This document shows, piece by piece, positions 36,662 to 49,839 of a DNA stretch of 64,000 nt; the stretch's first letter is position 1; each line of letters opens with the position of its first letter. A program made the position numbers and the translations under genes. The DNA comes from Vicugna vicugna (taxonomy: Eukaryota), in assembly GCA_013265495.1 (NCBI GenBank), contig MU061578.1, positions 71,308 to 135,307 on the forward strand, given 5' to 3'. The notes beneath the pieces are model-generated. The model made no database searches. It saw nothing but the letters and a program-made list of their open reading frames with translations, and was not told where the DNA came from.

Positions 36662-37621
36662 TATTTTTTTTATTGAGTTTTAGTCAGTTTACAATGTTGT
36701 GTCAATTTTCAGAATAGAAAACAATTTTTCAGTTATACATGACCATACTTATATTGTCACATTCTTTTTTGCTGTGAGCTACCACAGATCTTGTATATAT
36801 TTCCCTGTGCTATACAGTATAATCTTGTTTATCTATTCTACATATGCCTGTCAGTGTCTACAAATTTCAAACTCCCCTTCTGTCCCTTCCCATCCCCCTC
36901 CCCCGTGGCAACCACAAGTTTGTATTCTATGTCTATGAATCTTTCTATTTTGTATTTATGTTATTGTTATTATTATTATTATTATTTTAGATTCTACATA
37001 TGAGCAATCTCATATGGTATTTTTCTTTTTCTTTCTGGCTTACTTCACTTGGAATGACATTCTCCAGGGATATCCATGTTGCTGCAAATGGTGTTATGTT
37101 GTCATTTTTTATGGCTGACTAGCATTCCATTGTATAAATATACCACAGCTTCTTTATCCAGTCATCTGTTGATGGACATTTAGGCTGTTTCCATGTCTTG
37201 GCTATTGTAACTAGTGCTGCTATGAACACTGGGGTGCAGGTGTCTTTTTGAAGTAGGGTTCCTTCTGGATATATGCCCAGGAGCAGGATTCCTGGGTCAT
37301 ATGGTAAGTCTATTCCTAGTCTTTTGAGGACTCTCCATACTGTTTTCCACAATGGCTGCATCAAACTGCATTCCCACCAGCAGTGAAGGAGGTTTCCCTT
37401 TTCTCCACAGCCTCTCCAGCATTTGTCATTTGTGGATTTTTGAATGATGGCCATTCTGACTGGTGTGAGGTGATACCTCATTGTAGTTTCGATTTGCATT
37501 TCTCTGATAATTAGTGATATTGAGCATTTTTTCATGTGCCTTGTCCTTTCTCTTGCTGATGTGATGTATTACATTGATTGATTTGCGTATGTTGAACCAC
37601 TCCTGTGTTCCTGGGATGACG
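36662..37621 (-). mobile_element. Young (camelid-type) L1: 3' UTR plus ORF2 C-terminus, joined to an upstream ORF2 piece
   Basis: ORF 37119-37535 '[47 protein letters not shown]...WYIYTME' is an open L1 ORF2 end. 19-bp TSD (36643-36661 / 37622-37640, 3 mismatches) within an L2 tail. Confidence 0.95.
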
Positions 37622-39929
37622 GGAACTGGGTTTTATTCTTCAGCATCTCTCCAGCACCTGACACAGGGCATCACGTGTAACAGCGCAACAAGCTTTCATT
37701 GAATGAATGGTGTCACCAGTAGGAGTAATGGATGTGGCTATGGGACAATCCCTCTGAGAATCCATCTTGCTGTTATTTTTAAGGTGGAATCTCAGCAAGG
37801 AAAGGCCACCTCTCTCTGACTTTCCCTCATTCATTCGTTCATTTATTCTTTCATTTTTTTTCAATCAAATGGATTTTGGAAAAATCTCTGTAGCAAGCGC
37901 TGGGCTGGGCAGCAGGGACACAGTAAACAAGGCAGGTTTGGCGCCTTGCTTCACAGACCTTAATAATCGGGGGCTTATTCTGGGGGTTGGATTCTACTCA
38001 CTATTGTATCACGAATATTTATGATGGTTTTTGGCATTCAATAAATATGCTAAATAAAATAAAAAAGGAAATGGTTTCAGGATACACACACATCAGAGTA
38101 GGGTTATACAGAAAAAGCAAATGAGTTAGGGTTTTCAAAGGAGAGACAAGGGAGGTCCAGGGACACAGATGTGGAGGCAGCAGAGCCATTGTGGCTATGC
38201 TGCTGGATGTGACTGGGTTCAAGTCCCATTTCTAGCATGATGTCATCTTTGACAGTCATTTTAATTTCTTTAAACCTCCTTTTCTGCATCAGGAAAATGG
38301 GGATGATAACTAAATAAACCTCATTGGATTCATGTGAGAATTCAATGAGTTAATCAATCCAAAGCTTCCAGCATAGATGGAGCCATTTATTAAATGTTAG
38401 GTTATTGTAATTATGAGTAGAGGCTTACAATGGTACGCTGTGTTTGGGAATGGCAGTAAGTGGTGTGTGTGCGTGTGTTGTGTGTATGCACGTTGGTTTT
38501 AGGGGGTGAGACTGGGCAGTTGCTAGGGGTCAAGCTATAATGTTTCCCATGCCAGGGGGAATGGTTGACCTTAATGGGGTGCCACTGAGGATTACATGTA
38601 GGGGAGTGGTGTGGTTATGTGTGTTCATGCAGGAGATGAGGAGTGTCTTGTTCTGTGCGGTAGCAATAGGGATTCTTGGAGAAGAAGGAAAGGAAAAAGA
38701 GAGGGAAGGAGGAAAAAATCAGAAAGAAAAGATGAAGGGAACTAACGGATGAGGAGGAGGAGGAGTAGAGGAAAAGTAAGAAAAATGGTGGGCGCATCTG
38801 CTCGGTGTCAGGATTTAGGGCTGGCATCTAGATTACCGAAGAGTCTCAGGGTGGGTACTGGAGCTGGAGGGTGGGGAAGGGGAGTTGTGCTGATTACGGG
38901 TCTCCATCTCGTTGTCTGGTTGAATGGGAAGAATGAACTCTCAGAGGCTCCCTCCTTCGGACCATATAGTGAGGCTCCTTGGCTGGCCTCCTTGTCTTAG
39001 GGCACACCTGAGGCCGAGCGCTGCCTGTGTTAATTATGAGGGGCCAAAGCTCCAGAGCAGCTCGCCCTGGGCTGTGCTTTGCAGCCTCTGGACATCCAGC
39101 TGATCTTGCAGGAACGTGTCCCTGCAGCGTCACAGACAGGCTCAGCAGCACAGCCCCCATCCCCCTTCCCTTCCGGCAGTAAATCCAAGGGTATTTTTCT
39201 AGCTTTAATTTATTTTTTAAAGTAGCTTTATAAGCCTGCTAATAAAAGGAAAACTTGCTCCTTGCCTGACTGTCACTCAGCCTCGGCTTGCCTCCCCGAG
39301 CCTGGGAAACTGGTTGGAGACAATGCTGGCTTCTTTCTCTCTGCACATAAAAAGATTTTATAGATCTCCAGTTCCCTACAACTCAGCCCAAAGTAGCTCT
39401 CACTTGACATTCTTCAGAAATCAACGTTGTTCCCCCTTCAACCAAGCTGCTGGCCCGTGCAAGGTCAGGCTTTGCTCCAGGAAGGAGCCACTTGTTTGAA
39501 TTGCACTGGCCAGGGCTGCCTGGCCCCCTCACGGGGATGTTTCTCCTTCAGATGACACCTCCGTCTTGGACAGGCTTTGAAACCGTTCACAGCACTGACA
39601 AGAAGCTTGCACTCGTCAAACAGACTCTGTTCCTTGCTGAGCTGCAGCTGGGGGCTCGGATGTGAGACAAAGGTCTGGGATGTTGGTCCTCCCACCCCAC
39701 TCCCCATTTTATTCAGTGAAGGATTATGGGAAGCATGACTATTTTGTGTCCATGCTGGCTGCCTGGTGATCATTCCCTGAGTCCCTGACCCCAGTGACCA
39801 TGACAAGGAGCCATGGGACATGCATATCCTCTGTGCGGTTTCCATGTTTACGATGTGGGTCTGTGACTGGAGGTCAGGTATTTTAACATATCATTTAATA
39901 TCAAACAAATGAAGCACAAATTGGCCTGA

Positions 39930-40151
39930 GGCTGGGGTTTTGCAGCCTCCATAGCATTTGCGTTCGGAACCAGAGCACTCTGTTTTGCGGGCCTGTCCTG
40001 TGTACTGCATGATGTTTAGCTGCATCCCTGGCCTCTGCCAACAAGATGCCAGAGAGCCCCCCACCTCCAATTGTGACAACCAAAAGTGTCTCCAGACATT
40101 GCCAAATGGCCCCTGAGAGGGGGCAGATCCCCCTCAGTTGAGAACCACTGG
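39930..40151 (-). mobile_element. MER20 DNA transposon
   Basis: 'gatgtttagctgcatccctggcctctgcc...gtgtctccagacattgccaaatg...gttgagaaccactg'. Confidence 0.85.
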
Positions 40152-41117
40152 TTTAAATTATACATTCTTGACGGGGCTGATATGGAGCCCAACGGGACAC
40201 AGATTGGTCTTTGTGTGGTGAAAAATCTTATTCTTTATATGCATAAAGCACAGATATTCATAAGGTACGTACCCAGATATACAGCATATCTGTGGTGTTA
40301 ACATTTCATGGAGGGTGTTGACTAGGGAAAAAAAGTCTAAAAAAGACTCTTTAGGGGAGTGTAATGAAAGAAAAAGTATCAGAAACACTGGCCTAAAGAC
40401 GTACAAATTGAGGCAAGTGTGGGTTTATTTTTCTACCTCTCAAGGGAGCTGAATCCTTCCTGTTTATCTTTGAACTCAAAGAAGTTATACTGATTTTTAC
40501 TCCAAATGTCATCATCAGAAGCTACAGTCCACAACCCGCACGTAAAAAGGTTTGGAAATAGGGTTCACAACTCAAGACTTCTGATGTCACTAAACCTTTC
40601 ATCGGTCAGAATTCATCTCCTTTTAGGTCCAGTCTGCTCATCCCTGGCATCACTGTTGGTGGAGAGGGAAGAAGCGGTAACACACTGAGTGTCTGCAATG
40701 TGCCAGGCTCTGAGCAGGGGACTTTACATCAGTCCCCATACTGACACTCCGAGGAATGTGTTATCACCATCCTTATCCTGTGAGAGAGAGGCCAGGAGAG
40801 ATTTGCAGCTAGCAAGTGACGGAAGTAAGATTTGGCTTTGGAGATGAAGTCAACTGTAGAGGTCGTAGTCCTTGGCTCTGAATAGATGATCCATAAATAC
40901 TAATGCATTAATTTTCTTGGTTTTCTCTTTTTTCAGTATACCAACTGAATTGGCTATAATTTAAAAAAGAAGAGCAAGCAAAGTTATGATAGGTTGGTTT
41001 AAATCTGTCTCCTTCTTTCTTCCAGTCCCCAAATATTTATTGGGCACCTACTATATTTTATGCACTCTGCTGGGTGAAAAGACGAATAGGTCCCTGCCTA
41101 TGTGATGCTCATTGTCT

Positions 41118-41603
41118 AGATCTGCTCTGTCCATTATGGTAGCCACTAGCCACACGTGGCTCCTGAGCACTTAAAACGTGGTCAGTGCGACTGAGGAACG
41201 GAATCTTTAATTTTACCTAATTTAAATTTAAAAACTGATACTTGATTCAGTTAAAAAAACTTTCAAGTGTGCTTGCCACATGTTGTGACTCTATCATTTC
41301 AATGGTAAAGTTTATCAAATCTAACTACAGACTGATTATTTCCAGTGAACATTTAGTGTCTACATTGAGAGGTTCTGTAAGTGCAAAATAATACACTGCA
41401 TTTCAAAGACTTAGTAAAAAACGTTATAAACTACTAATGTTTAGAATACTGACTATATGTCAAAATGATATATTTTGGGTTAAGTAAAATGTATTGATCT
41501 GAATTTAACCAATTTCTTTTAAATTTTTAAAATGTGGCTATGAGAAAGTTTGAAATTAGAACTTTGGCCCACATTCTGTTTCTATGTCCTGATGCTAGCC
41601 TAC
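41118..41603. mobile_element. Charlie1/MER3-MER33-type hAT element
   Basis: 'ctgtccattatggtagccactagccacacgtggctcctgagcacttaaaacgtgg...atttcaaagacttagta...aaaatgtggcta'. Confidence 0.85.
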
Positions 41604-42544
41604 AAAGTCATGGGTTAATTCCCCCTTTTCTCCCAACCTGCCTGCATTGACCTGGGCAAGCTACTTCCACTCTAAGCTTTCATTTCCATGTCTGTGAAAT
41701 ACAAGCAATAATAAGATAGTATAGAAACATTCTGTAAATTAAATGAGAACGTGCATTCAAACTTCTTGGCAAACTGGCAAGTAGTAGGAGCTCCGTAAAT
41801 GCTTGTTAAGACAAATAAATTAAGCGCTGTCTGACTGAATGGGGCCAAACAATACTTAATTTCTTTCTGATTGAATAAATAGTTCGTACTTATCAAATAT
41901 TTAAATAATACAAGAAAGTCCGTGAGAAAAGTAAAAACTGCCTGGAGCCCCACCAACCCCCTTTTATACAGACAGCGGACACTGTGCTTGTGAGTGTGTC
42001 GAATTTCAGCTTTCCCACTTACTGGGCTTGCCTGAGTAATTACTTAATTCTCTGTTCCTCAGTTTTCTCATCTATAGAGTGGGGATAGTAAAAGAAAGTA
42101 TGTCAGGTAGTTGTCAGGGGATCAGATGAGTTAATTCTAAAAAAACACTTAAAATCATGCCTGGTGCATGATAAGCATTATGTAAACATGAACTGAATCT
42201 TAAAAAAATACATTTCTGCTCCCATGCTCACCCCCACACTCTCCCAGTGTTAGCAAATATTAGCATCTGTTGTGGATCCTTCATGCTTTTTCCCCTGGCC
42301 CAGAAATCATGTGTGGTTGTTGTAATTGCTTGCTTTATGAAAATATGTTCTTATGACATACACCTCTCTGGAGCATGACTTTTTTTTTTTTTTGCTTACA
42401 ATACCTAGATGGTGGAATCTGCTCTACCAAGTTAACTGGTATCAATGAATGACTACATAATAATTCCATGGCAGAGACGTAAATCCTTTTATATAACCAT
42501 TCCCCTATTCTTGGCCATTTTCTTTGTTTGCTGGAAATTTCTGA

Positions 42545-42960
42545 GCATTAAAACGTGATGCTGGAAAAGCAGGGGAGAGGCCTGCCTGATTAATTATACT
42601 TCCAAACTTGAGTAAGCTTTGGGGGTTGAGCTATGGATTTGATGCATGTGACAAGAGGTTCATTTTGAGTTAAGTAACTATCTGAAATCACCCAACAGTT
42701 AGATAATTGACCCAATTTAATTTTCCTATAGAAAGACTACCGCTGATTTGTCTGCTTGATCTATAGGTATGTCACCATGCATATTACAAACCAGTTGGCT
42801 AAGTATGAAGCTATTATTACTAATTAAAATCACTTTCTTGCAGAGCCCTCACCTCCTCTGCCTCACCAGCCCACCTGCCCACATTACCCAGGATTCACTT
42901 CTTCAGGAACGGTTAACGTGAGCCAAAATCAATAGCTCAATTAACAATCAGGATTGGGGC
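42545..42960. promoter_or_regulatory. Candidate conserved non-coding element
   Basis: Repeat-free, with TGATTAAT, TAATTG, TAATTA and TGACA/TGTCA motifs. Confidence 0.4.
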
Positions 42961-43479
42961 TTCCAGGCAACAGAGATGAGGATCAATAACTTATGTTCAG
43001 AGAAATTAAAGGAAGTTGTTAAGTCAAGTGTTTAAAAGCTGCAGACACAGACTATAGGGATATCCATCAAAACCCGCTAGGTTCTTTCTCTGGAGAGATT
43101 GGGAAGTACATCTTTCTTTGGCCCATCTTCCACATGGATGAGCACCTAATGAAGCAGGTATGTCCTCACCAATTCTTTTCTGAAATAAATCCCTGGGCCC
43201 CGGGACGGGCATGAGCACCTGAGCTGACTTGAGGGAGACTCTTCTTTCATCAAAGACAGTAACGGCAAAAGCAGAAATTCAGAGTCATCTCTCAATATCC
43301 TCTCCTGGGAGGGCAGAGGGAGTGAAGTTGGCCTTCAGCTTTGATTCTGTTCGATCTGCTCAGCATCATAACCATTTAATCATTCAATCAACATTTAATA
43401 AGCACTCACTCTGTTCCCCTAAGCTTGACTTTTTGAGCCTTCTTGAGTTGAACCCTACGTATATTTCACATACTGCTAC

Positions 43480-43900
43480 TTGGATTAGTTACGGTGGGCT
43501 GGACTGAAGTAACAAATAGCCCCAGACATGTAATGGAACAACACAACAGAAGTCTGTGCCTGTTCTGTGCCAGTCCTTGCTGGATATTCAAGTTGAAGGG
43601 CAGCTCTTCCGTAAGTGGAGGCCGAAGCTGCTTTCACCTTGTATCTTCTCTGTCCTTTAGCACCTAATAATCATCTTCATCCAGCTGATGGAAGAGGCAG
43701 GAAAGCACGGAGAAGTTACACATCATTTCTCAAAAGCCTGTGCTCAGAAGAGCATTCAGTATTCCCGTTTCCATCACATGGCCTAGCCCTTAATCACCAT
43801 TCTAGCTGAAAGAGAGGTTGGAAATATAGTCTAGCTATTATGTCCGGGAGATGAAAAAGGGGAGAACAGATTTTGGGGATCAGCTAGCTATATCTGGCTC
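43480..43900 (-). mobile_element. MLT1J-like LTR
   Basis: 'gtaacaaatagccccagacatgtaatggaacaacacaacagaagt...gagaggttggaaatatagtctagct'. Confidence 0.7.
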
Positions 43901-46084
43901 ATTATCCTTATCTCCCATTGTGGATATCTGTCATTTTGCTTGCCCATCAGGTCTTCCCTTTCCTTTTTGCACTAGAATTCCTCTTTCCTTTAGAGAATTC
44001 ATTCCAACCCAGATGGGACAGTCCACCCTTTCTGGTACAAGGTTGTGAACATGACCAAAAGTTAGGCCAGTCATAATCCCTCTTGGGATATTTCTGTTGA
44101 TCTATCAGCAAGGGGCCATCTCTTTCCCCCAACCTGCCTGGAGCTACTATGAGTCTTGGGCTGCTTGGTACACTGTAAATGCAATTTGACTAACACTTGC
44201 CTAAGTCATAGGGAGAACTGTGTCCCATTATATCTTCTGTGTTTGCTGGGGAGGAAGATGGATCCCTGAGAACATTGCTTGAGCCCTTGGATCCAACTGT
44301 GCCTGAAGCCAGTTATCTCTGGACTTTTCCATAAATGTTTACAAATTCTTTGGCCTCTACAAGCAGCCAAGCTAACTGGAGACAGACTTGCTTGGGATCA
44401 CTTACACACCAAGTGGTAGAACTGGGATTTGAACCCATGCAGTCTGTCTACAAGGCTCTTGCTCTTAACCATTGCGGATGAGTGCCCCTAAGAATGCTGA
44501 TGTGGACATGTGTGTTGTGTAACACTTGTGTTATATAAATGAGCCAGTGGGCGACCAAGGCTCTGAGAAGCTAAGGGAAGAGCTTTGAACCCAGGCAGGA
44601 TGAATTCTCTGAATGGGTAATTTTGGTAGAGGTCTCCTAGTCTCCGATCATCTAAAGCCTTTCCCCTACCTGTTGGCTGAGGCCTGGAGTTTCTTATCCA
44701 GGGACCAAAGCCATTCAGGTCCCAGACTAAAATCACACTGTCAAAACCATTGTCCCTGTAAGAAGACACAGTAATGCCAAAAAAGGTAACAGCAATGGTT
44801 TGAAAGCCTCAAATGAGTCCAACTTTTTCTTCTTCCACTAAAAAAGAGTCAAAAGACCCCATAAGCTACATATGTTCATTAAACATAAGATGGCAAGAGA
44901 GAAATGCATAGCAAGTAAGATCAAAATCATTTATAACCAATAGATAACTATTGGTAATACTTGGTTGTATTTTTCTTTAATGATTTTCCTTATTACTAAC
45001 AAAATTGAGAGATGTCTTTTCTGCAAAATTTTGGCTTAAACACATGCCATAAACATTTCTGTCCACCATTAAAAGCCTACTGCAAACACTGTTTCCAGTG
45101 GCTGCATAATATCCTCTTACGCAGGTAACATCTGTGCAGGTAGTTTGACCGATCTGCAATTGAAATATTTATGTTGTTTTCAGCTTTTCACAGTTACAGA
45201 TAATTCTGGTATTAACCAGTTTTTACTTCCATATATCTTTTCATTACCAAAGTGACAAACTGCTGTACATAAAATTTTGAAAAAGGAACAAAAAAACCAC
45301 AACCACCCACCACCATCATAACCACTGCTAATATTTTTCTCTATTTTCTTCTAGTTTTTTTCTCCCACACATAATTTTGGGCTTACCTTTTCCTGACTAT
45401 AAAAGTAATGTATGATGACTTTCTAAGGATTTGAAAGCATAAGCAAGAGAAAAGCAGGAACAAAAATCATCCATAAGTCACCAGCTAGAAGCAATCACTA
45501 TTAACTCTCTGCCTATTTTCTCACAGTATGATTATTGTTGTTGTTATAATTAGTATTAATTATTTCTTATTATTTTACATGACTGAGATTGTGCTAAACC
45601 TGCAATCCTTTTTCTTCTTGTTTTGCTTAATACCATATTATGAGCATTTCTCCTTGTGATTAAAAGCTTTAAAAGATATTTTAAAAAGCACTGAATATGA
45701 CAGCATGATCTTTCAGTGACTGCACACTAACCTTTCAAGTAGATGTGTCACAATTAATTCAACATCCCCCTGGCGGGGGACAACTTTAGCTATCATGTAT
45801 TGCTGCAAGAAGCATCTCTGCATATACATTTCGATCATATTTCTGGTGATTTCTTCAGCAAAGAAAGATCCTTCTTTGCTAGAAGTGGAATCACTGGCCA
45901 TGGACGAAGTGTATGAACATTTCACAGACTTTTATATGCATGTATTTTTACACAGCAGAGCCATGTTGTGTCCTGATTTTGACTTATCTTGTTAGCATAA
46001 GATTTCCTCTGAACATTGAGCTCCTTGAGGGAAGGGACAAGCTCATACATTTTATATCCCCAGCCTAAGGACTTGCACAAAACC

Positions 46085-46325
46085 AGGCACACCTCTACTT
46101 CAGAGGCTGTATAGATTAGCAGTGAGAGCGCCAGTTGTGGATCCAGGCAGCCTGGATTTGCATCCTGGATGCATCACTTACCAGGAGGCTAATTAACCTC
46201 TCTGCCCTTTGGTTTCCTCATCTGGTAAAAGGGAAACCAAGTTAGTACCGACCTCATTGGGCTGCTGTGAGGATTTGATACATAGCTCTAGCATGTGCTA
46301 AGCACTCAGTAAGTGTAAGTGTCAT
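46085..46325 (+). mobile_element. MIR SINE
   Basis: 'gcctggatttgcatcctgg...aacctctctgccctttggtttcctcatctggtaaaaggga...gggctgctgtgaggatt'. Confidence 0.85.
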
Positions 46326-47017
46326 TCATCCTTTTTGAATTGGAGGGTCCTGAATATTGGTTAAAAGCATGAGCCTTCAGAAATATGCAGCCTTAAGGTT
46401 TACACGGTGAGAGCTTCAGATGTCATTCTACTGCCGAGCTTTACCCTCTTCATTGACAAAATACCTACTTTAGGGTTTAATTGGTATGTGAAGATGAACT
46501 AAGATGATGTAAGTTAAGCATTTAGCATGCTGTTAGGAAATCTTTAATAAATGGGAGCTATAATAATTACTATAGAAGGAATACAGGCGTTCTGTAGCAT
46601 ATTCCAAACTCCATTCTCAGTGACAGCCAGCATTAGGACTTTGATGTGTCCTGGTAGACATTTTTTTTCCATTTGTAGTCATAAACACCTGTGTGTGTGT
46701 GTACAGTTTCCAGTGCTACTATGATTCTTATTTTTCTTGTTCTCTTTTTAATCCACTGGTGGCTTAGAGGTTCTTCCTTTTATTTCTGTTCTGGAGGCAG
46801 GTCCTGGTAGTAAGATGAGAGATGTCTTCATAGGCTCTTTTCACCTGCTTGCTGGCAACACTGCCCTGGGCAAGATGGGATGTTTAGAAGCAGAAGTCTG
46901 GAATAATCACTGCAAGGAGCACACAGCCTCCTTCACATCTGTTTCATTTGTGTGTGTTCTGCACTTTCAGGCAGTTACTTTGGGGAGATTTGTTCTATCA
47001 TTTTTTAAAAGGTAATT

Positions 47018-47186
47018 GGTGGGGTATATAGTTCGGCGGTAGAGTGCATGCTTAGCATGCACAAGGTCCCGGGTTCAATCCCAAGCACCTCCATTAAAAA
47101 CAAACAAATAAATAGATAGATAGATAGATAAACTTAATCATATCCCCTCTCCAAATAAATATAAAATTTTTAAAAATTAAAAAAAG
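47018..47186 (+). mobile_element. vic-1-like tRNA-Ala-derived SINE
   Basis: 'ggggtatatagttcggcggtagagtgcatgcttagcatgcacaaggtcccgggttcaatcccaagcacctcca', then an A-rich linker with (GATA)n and an A tail. Partial TSD ggtaatt. Confidence 0.92.
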
Positions 47187-47600
47187 GGGGTAATTAAGTC
47201 CCTGAATGTAATTGTGGACTTGTCCACTTCTCCTTGAAGTTCTATCATGTTTTGCTTAATGCATTTTGAAACTCCGCTATTACGTGCATACACATTTAGG
47301 TTTGTCATGTCTTCTAGATGATTTGATGCCTTTATCATTATGAAATGACTTTCTCTTTCTCTGGTGATATCTTTTGCCTTAATATTTACTTTGTTTGATA
47401 TTAGTATAGCCACTCCAGCTTTCTTTGAACTAGTATTATCATGGTATATCTTTTTTTCCCATCCATTTACTTTAAACCTATTTTTGTCATTATATTTAAA
47501 GTGCCTTTTTTTTTTTGTCAGCAGAGTATAGTTGAGTCTTGCTTTTTTTTCATCCAATCTGGTAATCTTGGCCTTTTAATTGGTGATGTTCAGCCCATCT

Positions 47601-47934
47601 AAGTTTAATGTGACTTTTGATACAATTAGGCTTCAGTATTTCATTTTGCTACTGTTTTCTATGCAGTATCTGTTCTTTATACCCCTTTGCTCTTTTTCTT
47701 CTTTTAGATGACTGAATTTTTATGATTTGATTTTATCTCCCTTGTTGATTGATTTGGTATGACTGTTTGAAAGTTTAATGTTTGATACAATTAGGCTTCA
47801 GTATTTCATTTTGCTACTGTTTTCTATGCAGTATCTGTTCTTTATACCCCTTTGCTCTTTTTCTTCTTTTAGATGACTGAATTTTTATGATTTGATTTTA
47901 TCTCCCTTGTTGATTGATTTGGTATGACTGTTTG
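47601..47934 (+). repeat. ~169/164-bp tandem duplication
   Basis: 47601-47769 vs 47771-47934, identical by eye except a 5-bp indel near the start. Confidence 0.95.
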
Positions 47935-48020
47935 TTTTGTTATTTTAGTGGCTATTTTAGGATCTGTAGTGTGTATCTTTTGTTATTTTAGTGGCTATTT
48001 TAGGATCTGTAGTGTGTATC
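47935..48020 (+). repeat. 43-bp perfect tandem duplication
   Basis: ttttgttattttagtggctattttaggatctgtagtgtgtatc x2. Confidence 0.95.
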
Positions 48021-49839
48021 TTTAGCTTATTGCAATCTATTGTCAAGTGATATTATGCCACTTCACATACAGTATAGGCTTCTCTGGCATTTATGCTATA
48101 TTTATTGTATAATTTACTTATATGTGTATTCTAAACTTCTAAATACATGTTTGGGTTTGTTAATTATCTTTCAAAAATATTTAAATAACAAGAGAATATC
48201 TTACACATTTACTTTTAATATTCTATATTTCTTCGTGTAGATCCTTGTCTCTATCTGATGTCATTTTCTTTCTTCCTGAAGGAACATCTTTTAACATTTC
48301 TTGGAGTGCAGCAATGATGGAGACAAATTATTTCAGCTTAAAAAATGTCTGAAAACATTTGCCTTCATTTTGAAAAATATTTTTGCTGTGTATAGTATTC
48401 TAACTTGACTATTTTTCTTTTGCTACTTGAAAGATATTGCTCCATTGTCTTTTTGCTTGCATTGTTTCTGAAGATAAATCTGCTGTCATTCTTATCTTTG
48501 TCACTATGTAACATGTCATTTTGCTCTGGTTGCTTTTAAGATTTTTCTCTTTATCACTGGTTTTGAGCCATTTAGATATGATATTTTGTGGTAGTTTACT
48601 TTCTTTTTCTTTTACTTTTTTTTGCACATCAATTTTATTGAAATTTTCAATTCTTTTACTCCGTGTGTATTTTGTTTTAGGCATTGTAGTTCTCATCTTT
48701 AGAAGTTCTATTTGGGTCTTTTTTGTATCTTCCATGTTTTTACTTATCTTTTTTAACATATAGAATACATTTATGATAACTATTTTAATGTCTTTGCTAA
48801 TTCTAACATCTGTGCCCGTTTTGGGTCAGTTTGGTTAATTTTTCTCCTCATGGGCTGTATTCTTCTTTGCATGCCTCGTAATCTTTGATGTGATGCCAGA
48901 CATTGTTGGCTATTGGATATTTTTGTAGTTCTATAACTATTCTTGAGCTTTGATCTGGAATGCAGTTTTACTTGGAAACAATTAGCTTTTTTTGGCTTTT
49001 GCTTTTAAGATTTGTAAGGTGAGATCAGAGAAGTGCTTAGTCTAGGGCTGATTGTTCCCTACCACTGAGGCAAAATCCTTCTGATTACTCTGAATTGTAA
49101 TGTTTTTAGTCTGGCTTGGAGGAATGGGCATTATTCCTAGCCTTTGTGGACATCTGCTACCATTCTTTTTAATCCATCAAATGGTTCTTTCTTTGACTTT
49201 GGGAAGTTTCCTCATGTATATGTACCAATCAGTACTCTGCTGAATACTCAAGAAGGACCTTTTACAGATTTTCAGGGTTCTCTCACTGTGCAGGTCTCTA
49301 CTGTCCAGTACTATATCCTACAAATCCTAGCTGCTTTGGTCTCCCTGGAACTTAGCTCCTCAACTCAGGAAGCCCACTGGGCTACTCCTTGATTCCTTTT
49401 TTCCTGTATTTTGGCCTGGAACATCCCTTTGGCAGTATTCTTGGGAAGTCCTATGGCTCATCTCATTTGTTTCCAATCTTTGAAGGATCACTGTCCTTTT
49501 TTGCTTGATGTCCAGTATTCTGAAAATTGTTATATCTATTTGTTGTTGTCATTGGGTTGGTTTTTTGGATGGGAGAGTAAATCAAACCCCTGTTACTCCA
49601 TCTTGGTTGGAAGCAGTGTCCTCTATAGGCTGAATAATTTCCCAAAGCCACACAAGTGATTTGTTTCATAGCTTGGAGTCAAATCTCTGTCATATTTCAG
49701 TTCTCTTTCCTCTCTTTCTGAAGATTTCTGCTAATGTGAACTCTTCATGGTCTTTTTTATTCATATTTTTAGATAATGTGATCTACTTTTTCCTACAAGA
49801 ATTTTGTTTTGAGACAAGGTTATATTCCATTCTGTTTTA

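Larger units (their letters stand above)
47192..49620 (-). mobile_element. Old L1M (MC/MD-like) 5' part: 5' UTR, ORF1, inter-ORF and ORF2 endonuclease
   Basis: ORF 47177-47557 'KVNGWEKKIYH...KKAGVAILISNKV...LNVYA' is APE endonuclease-like. ORF 48409-48759 'IRMTADLSSETMQAKRQWSNIF' is ORF1p-like. Confidence 0.92.

Noticed and set aside
37119..37535. 138-aa ORF as a host gene
   Set aside because: It is the L1 ORF2 C-terminus of a 5'-truncated element.
47021..47093. Functional tRNA-Ala gene
   Set aside because: Degenerate A box/D arm, followed by the SINE tail and A-rich end.
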